This document shows, piece after piece, positions 38,901 through 50,800 of a stretch of 64,000 bases of DNA. Each line of letters starts with the position of its first letter. Positions within the stretch are counted from its first letter, which is position 1. Below the pieces are notes generated by a model. It did not search any database. It was not told where the DNA came from and saw nothing but the letters and a program-made list of their open reading frames with translations. Made by a program: the position numbers and the translations under genes. The DNA is from Takakia lepidozioides (lineage: Eukaryota > Plantae > Bryophyta): NCBI GenBank assembly GCA_030704615.1, contig CM060731.1:52886001-52950000 (forward strand), written 5' to 3'.

Positions 38901-40071
38901 AGAGCTATCCATGGTCATGATCAGAACAAGCTGTTGGTCTCTGCAAATAACTCCCTTTTGTCGTCATGAAGTACACCAGCACAGAAGTTTACAGAGGTCT
39001 ACAGTCACATTTGTGCTCCAGTATAGTTCACTGACAATGAAGATCAATGATCTTAGAAGGAAATACACTAAATTCACCGGAGAATAGAAATGGAGACTGT
39101 AGATCTCAACGTAGACTGACAGGTTGACCAGTTGTCCATATAGGCCTATCACCCCAGGTGAGTGTCTGCAAGGGGTTTCTGTATGTGACCCCTCTACAAT
39201 CGCATTGTTGAGCACTTGTAGAATAATTTACCTCCAACTGTCAACAAAGTGAGTTCCTAAGCTGCTCTGGATCCCCTTAATCCCCTTCCATCTCTTGAAT
39301 CAATCCCATTAGGTGTGGAAATATATTTAGCAGACAACTTGGTTTCACCTTTCAAGCACCTGAACCAATTCTCCCAAGGAATTAACATCCATGCAGTGGC
39401 TCGCCACATGAACTACAATTCCACGATGAGATCCCTGAACATTGCACCTGCGTCGATTATCAGAGAGGCCTCAGAGAAAATGAGCACAATGCTATATGAC
39501 ATGAGTATATTTCTTTACACAAATACTTCACAGTTGCAAATGACTTCTGAATGATGATGTTCTGAGCTAGGCCCTGGTAAGACAGCCTGCTAGAGTATAT
39601 GTACTGTACACCTTATACATGATCCGGTCAATACACATTACTCTTGTTAGCTGGTCTCCTGTAGCCGATGCCTTATGTCAGTTTTAGATACCTTATGATA
39701 CGAGTGACTTCCGTGTCCTTGGTTCAAGTGCTTCCATGTTTCTCCCAGTTATGGCTTTGCTCTTTGTAGCACCAAAAAAAGTACCAATCTTACTATGTTG
39801 CTGGAAGATGGCTTGTTTGAATCAGGGGCAGTAGACTACTGCCAGTGGCTGAAGAACACAAGTTCTTATTCATACCTTTGGGTAAATTGGTTCTAACCAA
39901 AAAGTTGGCTGATATGGTGGGAAGATGTGCAGTAGTCTGCTGCCATTGGTTGAAGAACACCTGTAATTTCTGAACTCTTGCCAAGTTTGAATTATGTTGT
40001 GCCAATGTTCACTCGTAATCTGAGAGCAGAGAGAATGCGGGCCTTTTATCCAAATGTATTCAGCATTTGCT

Positions 40072-41926
40072 TCAATTCGTGGATATAATTTGTCTTCTAC
40101 CACAGATGTATGAGTTGTCCACCTCAATCCAGCTTTGTCCTGAAACCTTTCTCACACCTCTGTCCTTCATCATTTTTCTGAGCTGTGCTCGGTCGTCCCA
40201 CTTGCCAGCTGCAGCAAAGATGTTTGGTAGGAGCACATAAGTTGCAGTATCATGTAAATGTGAGAAGGCATTTTGCTGCACGTTCTGCTAGCCCTACATT
40301 GCCATGAATTCTGCAGGCACCAAGCAAAGCCCGCCACACCAAATCACCTGGTTCGGTTGGCATTTTGTTAATAAAGTCCTCTGCTTCATCCAGTTGCCCT
40401 GCACGGCCAAGGAGGTCCACCATGCAACCAAAATGCTCCATTGTAGGAGTGAGGCCATGATCTCGAATCATGGACTCAAAGTAGTGACAGCCCTCGTCCA
40501 CTAGGCCCACATGGCTACACGCAGACAGAACACTTGTAAAGGTAATGCCATCCGGTTTCAAGCCTTCTTTTTGCATTTGTTCGAATAGTTTCAGGGCTTC
40601 CACAGCACACCCATGCTGAGCATATCCTCCAACCATGACACTCCATGAGACAACATCTCGTTCGGCCATATTGTCGAACACTCGACGTGCATCCTTCATG
40701 CTCTTGCATTTGGCATACATGTTAACAAGGGCCGTTTCCAGAACAATGTCTACTGCAATTTTGGCTTCAATGAGGTCGGCATGGACCTGTTTGCCCTTCT
40801 CCATGGCTGCCAACCTGGCACATGCATTCAGAATGCAAATGAACGTGACCTTGTCAGGCAACACCCCTTCCTCTAGCATTTGCTCATACATCTCAAAAGC
40901 TTCTATACCACACCTCATCTCAGTATATCCTGCAATCATGGCACTCCATGAGACTACATCTCGTTCAGCCATACTGTCGAACACATGACGTGCATCCTTC
41001 ATGCTCCTACATTTGGCATACATGTCGACAAGGGCTGTGTCCAAATAAACATATGATGCAATTCCAGATTCGATGATGGCAGCATGGACCTCCTTACCTT
41101 TGTCCAGGGCTGCCAAATCAGCACATGCACTCAGAACACAAATGAATGTAACCCTGTCAGGCCTCACACGTTCTTGTCCCATTTTCTCATACATCTGTAA
41201 AGCCTCCATATTGCACCCATGCTGAGTGTATCCTGCAATCATCACACTCCAGGAAACCACATCTCGCTTAGCCATATTGTTGAACACTAGCTGCGCATCC
41301 TTTATGCTACCGCATTTGGCATACATGTCAACCAGGCAATTCTCCAGAATGATATCCGGCGCAATTCCAGCTTTGACAATGTCAGTGTGGACCTCTATGC
41401 CCTTCTCCAGGGCTGCAAGGTTCGCACAAGCCTTGAGAATGGAAGTGAACGTGACCTTATCTGGTGTCACCCCCTCCCTTCTCATTTGCTTGTATATCTC
41501 TAAGGCCTCCCTACTATATCCATGCTTGGCATATCCTCCCAGCATTGTATTCCATGTAAACATGTCTCGTTCAGGCATATTGTCAAACACTAACCGTGCA
41601 TCCACCACACTTCTGCACTTGGCATACATATTGATGAGGGTGTTTAGTAGAAAGATATTCGGCTTGAATCCACTTTGGATAATATGCGCATGCACCTGCT
41701 TCCCTTCTACTAGGCCTTTCCTCTTAATACACTGCTGCAAGAGACTGACATAAGTATTGGAGTCTGCCAAAATGCCTCTTTGGTTCAAAATGTCCAGCGC
41801 CTCTTTCACTTGTCGTATCACAGCCCCACTACTGCTAGGAGAAGTCCTGTTGACTCCCTGACGTTGGTTTTCAATATGAGTGGTCATGGCTGATGCAAAC
41901 CACCATGCCTGATTCAACCCTGCCAT
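40072..41926 (-). pseudogene. PPR-F: PLS PPR (14 motifs) + E1, frameshifted E2, DYW lost
   Basis: 558-aa ORF ends CLLTFT*; E2 and the PG box continue in another frame (ATYVLLPNIFAAAGKWDD...GQSWIEVDN). Candidate upstream exons are 43337-43181 and a frameshifted PDF exon at 42831-42738. Confidence 0.82.
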
Positions 41927-44801
41927 CCTGCATGACTGAAAACTCTAATTACAAACTTTGATATCAAACTGATAAAATGTATCACGAAGCTCCTAAAAAC
42001 TTCAGAGAAAACATATCTTCATGAGGACAGCCTTGCTGTATAACACAGTGTTTGTATAGGCTTCCATATCACAAAAACTGCTTCTCACAACTCTGTTACC
42101 TTCGAAACCGACTGAAAAGTAATAACATTTCCTTCCTGTTAGACTTCAGTGTGAAATACATCTGGAAGTGAAACCACAGCCACATGCGTCATTTCCAAGA
42201 GGATTAGAGTAGCAGTGCCGATTTGACCATCATAATAGGATATCGATGTCAGCCCTTACATCAATACCCAATCTGTATTTGGATTGTTCGTTCCTGTGAA
42301 GCAATATGGGGATTTGTCCTTCAATTCATGCCATACCCAGCACAATGACTAACTGTTGACATGCATCACCTGAAGGGCTTAGTGGCAACCAGGGTCTTTG
42401 GGACTGCACAGAATTCCTAGGCTGCACACAGCTAATGCGTAGTCATTTACAGGGAATTGAGTGTTGGTTAATGCACTGGTACCACACTGACACTTTGAGG
42501 CTGAGGCAGTGATGAGATTTCTACCAGCACCGCTTCATCATGTGAATTGTCACACTTACAGGGAACTAAGTGTATGCTGGTACTGCCATCGTACTAAAAG
42601 CACAACGTTCATCCAAGACTGCTTCATTACCATCTGGCTACCTTGCATGTAAAAGAGGTTGCACAGGCAAGTTAGTGCTGTGATGATTGGGCACAGAAGG
42701 AGAGGGAGAGGGTTGATGTAACATAACAAGCATTCACCTTTTTGCCTCTAGTCTCCCACCACTGACTGGGGCTTGAGAAATAATTGTTCCAAGCTTTTCC
42801 ACATCTGTGTTTGGACTTTTAGGACATTTGCCTGCCACCCAGCAGCAGTGACTGTCAGTAACAATCAGATCTATCGAACAAGCCAACTGACAAACCCCAC
42901 AAGGAAAAGCAAGTTGCAAGTCAGTTCAGCCAACCCCATGTCGAAACCAGACCTCGTTCTAGGCCTTTGCCCAAACAGTCCCTCATAATGAAACAGGGCG
43001 CTCGACAGGGTGTGATGACTGGAAAGCCCACCAACAATAACTTTTGGGTACAGAAGGACTCGTATCACAGGGTAAAGGGTAGAACAACCTTCGTATTCTC
43101 GTCATCCTCCTCTGCTGGTCTCCACTGCTCTGCTTGCGGTTTCAGAAATGCACAGGGTGTAGAGGGAGTACAGCCCACACCTTCTTGAATCTTTTCCCCA
43201 ATATCCGGGCGTGCAAGAGCTTCGTGAGGCCACCCCGAGATGCCTACTTGACGTGCATGGAAGGAGAAGACGAAAGGGATAGTGGAGAAGGCAGGCATGT
43301 CACCCACATGTGCCATGCTTATCGAATGCCCTGCCATGGCTTCTGCTCCTCCAAACTAAATTCCAAGATTTCGCCTCAGTGTGGAAAAGCAGGCAAATTG
43401 AGGCGCTCCACTCTACTCCACCTCATTCTCCACATTGACTGAAGGGAAGAAAACAGAGTTGTCCCAAGGACATGCCATGAGCATGTGCCAAATTTGGATC
43501 ACTAGCTGTTCATACGTTCATACGCTCTCCGGGAACAAAATTCACTTGCATTCACCCAGAACCTGCATAGTATCCCCGTTCACTTCGGATCAGCAGATCG
43601 AGCGCGGCTAGAAACTTTCAGCTTGCTTCATGATGATGATGCTATCATCAAGTTTACCTATACACCACTTGTTATTGAGAATCAAGCTGGGCATCACTCT
43701 TCTGGGTTTGAGTGACAGAGGTTGCATCCTACTTCACAGGAATCCTTCAAACACCAGGTGCTACAGACGACCAGATAATCAAGAACCAACAACATATGAT
43801 CACACTTCAGTTGATAGCTGTCGACTGCGACCAATTTCAGCACATAGACATTTTGATCTCGCGTTTCTGTAGCCAGATAGTTGCGCGCAAGTTGTTCAGT
43901 CTACAGACACAGTGAGAAGGTTCATAGAGCTCATGTTCTCAAATGTTTGCTTTACAGAGATTGAAAGAGTAGAAGAACCGGTCGCGAGTCATAGAGTCGG
44001 TACAAATTTTGGAAGTGTTTACGTGGGGGGCAGCTTTGCTTGTACAGAGAGTGAGCTTCTGCTTAGAGCAGGTAACGTGCTTTGTCCGACTGACACTATG
44101 AGGTGGCTGAGGGTAGTTTCTTGACATGCCACGCTCCAGAGCTCAACCCACTGTATGTATTGAGCAAGAAAAAGAGTGGCTGACATAACAATAGCTAGCA
44201 TATCGAGTGATTGCTGTGGACCAGTTGAAGATATGAACCTCGGGAAGACAGAGGAAGAGACAATGTAAGGACTTAGGATGAGCAGCATTTCCATGTTGAT
44301 GCTGTGGAAACATCTAGCAAACTCCGAATGATAGAGAGACAGGCCCACTGCCACTGTGCGAGGAGGACTGGAATTGTTGCCTCAGTATTGTGGATGCAGC
44401 AGACTGCTCTCTGCAAGAGACATGTACTACCATGTGCCTCAACTTCACCGAACTGTCACGGCCTATCACGCATGGAATGTTGTTGAATGTGTAGTAGACT
44501 GTGCAGTGCATGCAGCATGTAGGACTTTTGCAATACAATAAGATTCACTCGACTCGGGAAGTATGAACTTGTGAATCTCCATAATTCACCAAACTAACTC
44601 ACAATTTATCAAAAATGCTCATATCATGAGGGTATTGACATCTCATTCAAATCCCTGATCCCGGCTTCCTGTGGCTATCAAACATCATAGGGTACCTTAT
44701 GGTACCTTAACCTGGAATACGTTACATAATCACCTTGGTGATACATGGCTGTGGTTATGGACCACATTGCAATTAGCATAACCTAGTCAGATCAGCCACC
44801 A

Positions 44802-47800
44802 CTAGAAGTAGATGTTGACCTCCTTTCCGTCGTTCATTTCACTCACATGATCCTTGGCTTCTGTCAAGGCCACCTGCAGACATGATGAAGTGAGCAATTG
44901 TAAGACACATGTCATAGGTTAGTAAGAACTACTCTGTATAAGACGATTTGTAAATCTGAAAATGAACACTACTTCAAAATCCAGTATCACCCCAATGTTT
45001 ACACAGATCCGTAACTTGCCAAGGCACAAGGTGCAAAAGCTGTCATACCATACAATCACCACCAACCATTCAAGAACACAGTGAGCGCAGCACCGAAAGA
45101 AGTTACAGTCTCTAGCCACATATCAAAAACCAATTCTTTCAAGACGTTCAAGAATCACACTTCCCTCTTCCTGTCTCTCTTCTCCCCTTTGAACAGCAAA
45201 CAGAAGCGGAGAGGAAAGGGAGAGTGCAATTGCCCGTTGTGCGGGCAATCTGAAGACAGTATTCATTTTCCGATACACTGTCCGGGGTTCTCTCACCAAA
45301 GAGACACTCTCTTCAAATCTATCAAGGGAATTGTGCCTGTACCCCTGTTTACCAACTTTGAAAGTCTCGAGGCTGAGCCAAAAGCCCAGGCTCCTGGGCC
45401 TAGTTTTTGGGCAAATCACACACAGCAGATTGATGCTTGTGTGAAGGGATTTCTAGAGGATATCTGGAAAACCCGGATTAATTCTATATATGAAGGTAAG
45501 TCTTACTACCAACGTCAGCCCCTGACCGAGGTAGGTTCTGTCCCTTTTGTTCCCGCTCAAACTGGGCGCGGGGTCAATGGCCACAAGGCTACGGCAAACA
45601 ACGTCTTATGAGTAAATCTCTTCTCCCCTCAGATGCTTTTCTTGTCTAGGGCCATCAAGAAGCTTCCTACAGACCTTGCAGTGATTACAAAAACGCTACA
45701 AAAAAGTTTGCTGTGGAGATGATTTGTGCCTCAGCAGTTGACACTACATTTCGTCTACAAGTGGTCAACTTATCAGACCTGGCCATATTTGGTGAAGAAG
45801 TTGCTCGTGAGGTTCAATGTGCTCACAGCTGCTTCTCCATTGGCCTTGAGAGCCTGCGCTAATGCAAAAGCTCCTTGGTCCTGAATCAGGTCATACCAAG
45901 GCACAATATGTCAGTTCCCACCTGGGAACACATCTAACTGCACTGAGAAAGCACAATCAAATTGCTTCAGGACATATGACCAAAGCCTTGATGAGGCAGT
46001 GAGCCAACTACGGCTAGAATAAAAGTTCTGCATTCATGACCCATCCAGCCAGATAGCAAAGTGGGCAGGTTTTCATAACCCTCTGCAGTTTGGCACAGAG
46101 GAGACCTTGCTTAAAAGACTCTGGATTACCCTAAATGGTATCTGTCAGGATGTAGAACAGGGAGTCCTGTCATGCTTACTCTGATTTCATTGAATCCAAG
46201 ATCAAGGGAAGTAAGGTGTTCATTGACTACTCGCAAACTCCGAGCCAAAACAGCTGCACCCTGTGAGAGCCATACCCCCTTCAGTTGAAAAGTTTAGGAA
46301 TTATTGTACATATCTGTGAATTTGTAACTTAATTTATATCCTATCAACCATAGAATGTGTTGCATTACTAAAGTGACACCAGGAAGGCAAGACTAACCGT
46401 AACATGTGATTAGAACGATCCATCAAATGCTGGTCACAGCATGGTCACATAGCATATTCACTTAGCATATTCCACTATAGATGTTGACAACACTCTTGGC
46501 CTGCATTCATCTGGTGACAGGTGGAATAATTGATTTCCTAGCTTCTTGTTTGAAGACTTTTCTAAGGCATGTAAACATGAAGTAAGAAAAAATACCGCAT
46601 CACCGAGGTTGTTGGCCCGCAAGTCCAAAGTAGAGATCGTCGCATTATACTGCAATGACTCAGCAAAGTGTTCTGCCCCCTTCACCCCTATCTGGCATAC
46701 ATATATCCACACCCCACTACGTTGCCATCAGACAAGGTATCTCACAAACATGATGACCAAACTCAGAAGAAGGTTGTCATGGCTACTTTAACCTTGATGT
46801 ATACAAGAGAAGGTTGGAAGACAACACTGACATTCCTTGAACAATTTGGGCCAACCAACCACGTATATAGTTACATAAATGCACACCAAATTGACTTTTC
46901 ACACCTAAACCTTGCAATACAGACTTGCATAACAAGAAACTACCAAAGAGAGGACGGAAATGAATGAAGTAAAATCAAAGCTTTTAACTTGTGCATAATG
47001 ACCTTGAAGGGTCACAAGGCCCACTTTGTCAGAGTAGATTACGGAAGTAGCAGTGAGGTATGAGCACAGTAGAGCTTCCACCTCTCAATAGTTGAACACA
47101 GCAGTTTTTGCCGAAGAGCACTAAGAGGCGATACACCATTCAGTGTAAAAATGTACTCGAGAGGTTTTCTATGGCAATATATACTGTGATGGAAATCAAG
47201 AGGCACAAAACAATACAAGCCCAACACACTGCTAGATAACGTACCCCTGGGCCACCCAGCTCAAAAGAATAGTTGAAGATGACAAACCTGGCACCAGCCC
47301 AAGCGAAGAGTTTCGATGTTGCCATGAAATTTAAGTGTTTCCGACAAAACCTTGGCACCATTGGGTCCAATCGGGTTGTAGCTGAACTCCAACTGCAACG
47401 GCAAACCAACACCAATGCCAAGAACAATTTTAACCTCTTCTTCAACCATTCTTGAATATTCTAATGACAACACCTATGTGAGGACATTCTTTCCTGCATA
47501 TCCCCATTAGCTTCACGATGTGTCCTTAGAGCCAAACAGTACAGCCCAGGTGGGCTTAAGACCCACTGCTCAGAAGCAAATCTAAGCGAAGTAGACTGTG
47601 CCAATCCCAAGTGAACCCCAGAAAAGCTTGGAAAAGCTCCTTAATCAGCAAAGCTGGTAGAAGAGCTACACTTACAGTTGTGATAGAGGTGTTTTCCTTT
47701 AAAGCACTTGCAATGTGGGCTGTCCCATCAGCACTGATGTTATTTCCACCCTGCGTCCAAAAAAAGCTGTCAAGACCTCCTGTCCTAACACACTAACACC

Positions 47801-50800
47801 CACTATCGAAGATACAAATATTTAGTAGAAGCACGACACTTCAAGTAACTGTACACTTGAACAGACCTACTTACACCTACAGCCTTCAACATGTACATTG
47901 CTCTTCAGCTTGACAGCCCATTTTTGGAATCTCGAGTCATTTCTCAATTGTCTTGTTTCTGATGGGCAGATAGGTGTCATCCAAATACCACCTCACCTAG
48001 AGTACTGCCAGAAGGCTACGCAGTACCCTGCTCCATCAAGGCCCACTTGATCAAGTCATGCCTACAAACCTACACCATTCAGGGACACCAGGTTTGAACT
48101 CACCAAGTCAATTGTGGATATCGACTTGTTCCGCTTCAAGGCATCAGCTACTCTCTCAGCGCCCTGGACAATGAAACCAGACCAATCTTAACGTGTTTAC
48201 TTTTTGGAGTACACTGCAGAGTGAAAGCACATAATTTCTATTTCATTAATGAATAAAAGGACAGGGAAGAAAAAAGATTGTGGTTGAAACTGTCAGTCCC
48301 AAGTATTCTCAAGGTTTTGGAAAGGATTGGAGGTTGAACCTGGTCACCAATGTCATTCATGTATAGATTTAGCCATTGCAAGCTTTTGCTCTTTTTAATG
48401 TATTCTGCCACATGGAACGCTCCCTTAGGCCCTATGTTGTTGTTCCCAAGGTCCAGACTTGTTATCTTTCCTGCAATGGAGGAGCAGGTGCCGGTTAGTC
48501 CATGAAAATCCTCCTTCCTCACTGACTTTTGAAGGAAACGCACATCCTGACGGAGTTCCTTCAGTTGCTCATCATAAAATCACCTTTAGCTGCGCCCATC
48601 TGTATAGAGGGCTGCATGAACCATGACTGTTGAGTGATCGAGAGCAACAGAATTGTGTCATTCATTAAAAGCATTACTGAGTACTTTATGTGTCTCTACA
48701 ATTGATCCGTATCACTTGCTAATGGTGCAAATAAATTCACACCTGGCATGGACATTGTTCACAAGTGGGTCATATAGAAAGACTTTGTGCCTCATGTCTC
48801 TCCCTGGCTCTCCCCTACCCTGCCCCCCTCTCTCTTCCAGCCATCTGTCAAGCTACATTCAGTTGGGGAAATCTGAGGTCAATGTTGTAAATATGAGAGG
48901 CTAAGCAGTCCACAAATTGCGTAATTCGACTGAACCGGAGATATTCAACACCTCGTGATACCATCACAACATACCCTTATGAGCCAACAATCCAGTCACT
49001 AATGCACGAGCACCTTCATTCCCCATTCCATTGCCATGGAGATGCACTTCCTGAAGACCATTTCCACAAAAGTTGTCAAGAAACAACTGTAATTGACTTA
49101 CTCAAAGAATGAAGAGTGGAGAGGATTTCAATATTCACAATCGCATAAATAAAGATGGTGTACTTACTCTTAGATGTTTGTTTCCTTCCAGACCCTTTGC
49201 AATCGCAGAGCCTCCAAGTGCACCACCATAATTACCACTGAAATGCAACAAGTCAAACCAAGAATTAGAGCAAAGAGAGAAATGTCATTCTACAGGGTAG
49301 AGGAAATTTGGGCTAATGACCTTGCAGAGGAGAGGCTGCAGAAGTGCTAGCAATCAGTGGCCTTGCCATTGGAAAAAAGGGCAAGTTTTTAAAGACCAAC
49401 ACAAATCAGCAGCTCAAATTGCCAATCTTGAAGGGGAAATCAAAGGCAACAATAGACCATCTCGAGTAGCTTGCCATCTACAAAGGGGATAAAGCTCCTA
49501 CATATGTATAATTACATGACCTACTGTGGTTTGCTTCTTTAGTACATTGTTCTCAAAGTCCAGATAATCAACCTCAGTGTTTGACTCTAGTCACAGAGTC
49601 AAACAAAGAAAGGCAACTCACTTCAAACGAATGGAGCGAAGGGTCTTATTTGTAGTCAATGCCTCAGCAACTGCAGCAAACCCCTGCCATATGCTGAAGT
49701 GCGATCAAAATCAGGAACAATCCAATGATGAATGCAATGGGGCATATCCACCACTTGTACATGCACATCAGTATCTTGTTACCACTACACATCAGGCAGC
49801 CATCCAACAAGGTCACAAGCCACCACGATACTTGCTGCTTTGACACAGGGTGCAAGGGTTCTAGTCCCTCCACTCAGACTTTAGTTACTGGACTTCTTAA
49901 GGGGCTCAATATATTTGGAAGAACTACAGCTGTCCAACTCCCAACAACTTAGTGGATGTTCTCCAAAAGCCACTGCTTTCGAGAGAGACTGAGAATGAAC
50001 TCATAAGACTTTGTTTGCTGTACCCTTGTGGCCATAGAGAATGTACTCATAAGACGTAGTTTGCCGTACCCTTGTGGCCATTGACCCCGCACTCCGTTTG
50101 AGCGGAACACAAAGGGACAGAAACTACCTTTGTCAGGGGCTGACGCCGGTAGTATGACTTACCTTGGAACAGACAATTGATTCGAGTTTTCCAGATATCC
50201 TCTACAAATCCTTTACTGCATGGGTTTGATTGGCACATCTTGGAAGCCTTTTGAGTCTTACAATTGTATCCTTAGAAGTACCGAGATATCTCCATACTGA
50301 CAATTAAAGGTAGCCAAAGCAAATGTACTTTTTGACAATAAGGACAGAAGATGAAGGTTGATGGGTGAAGTTACCGAGTACTCAACCACATTGTTATTGA
50401 GCTCCAAGCTGGTGATGTGTTCATTCTTCTTCAGCATCTCTGCAAGAGCTTTGGCCCCCTGCAAGAGGACCAAACTAGCTAAATGAACAAAATTCCAATT
50501 CAGACAAGCAGGTGCTTGCACTGGATCCACTGTTTCTTAACATGATAGGCTCCAATACACACCTCATGCTCAAGCTGAGTCCTTAAATAGTAGGAGAACA
50601 TGCTATTATTAGGACCAAGTTCGAACTTGCTACTGCAGCTACAAGTCATTGTTGACAAACACCTATAAAGCTTGTTCATCCCGCTTTATACAGTATCTCA
50701 CTGAACTGTGTACTGTTTCGGAATTACCTCATCACCAACGTTGATACTGTTGAGCATTAGCTTAGTGATCCCCTGATTCTTTTCCAATATGGCAGCCAAC

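Noticed and set aside
12314-41753. Many antisense and alternate-frame ORFs (MLPHLAYMS..., MSNT...)
   Set aside because: They are shadows of the repetitive PPR coding strand.
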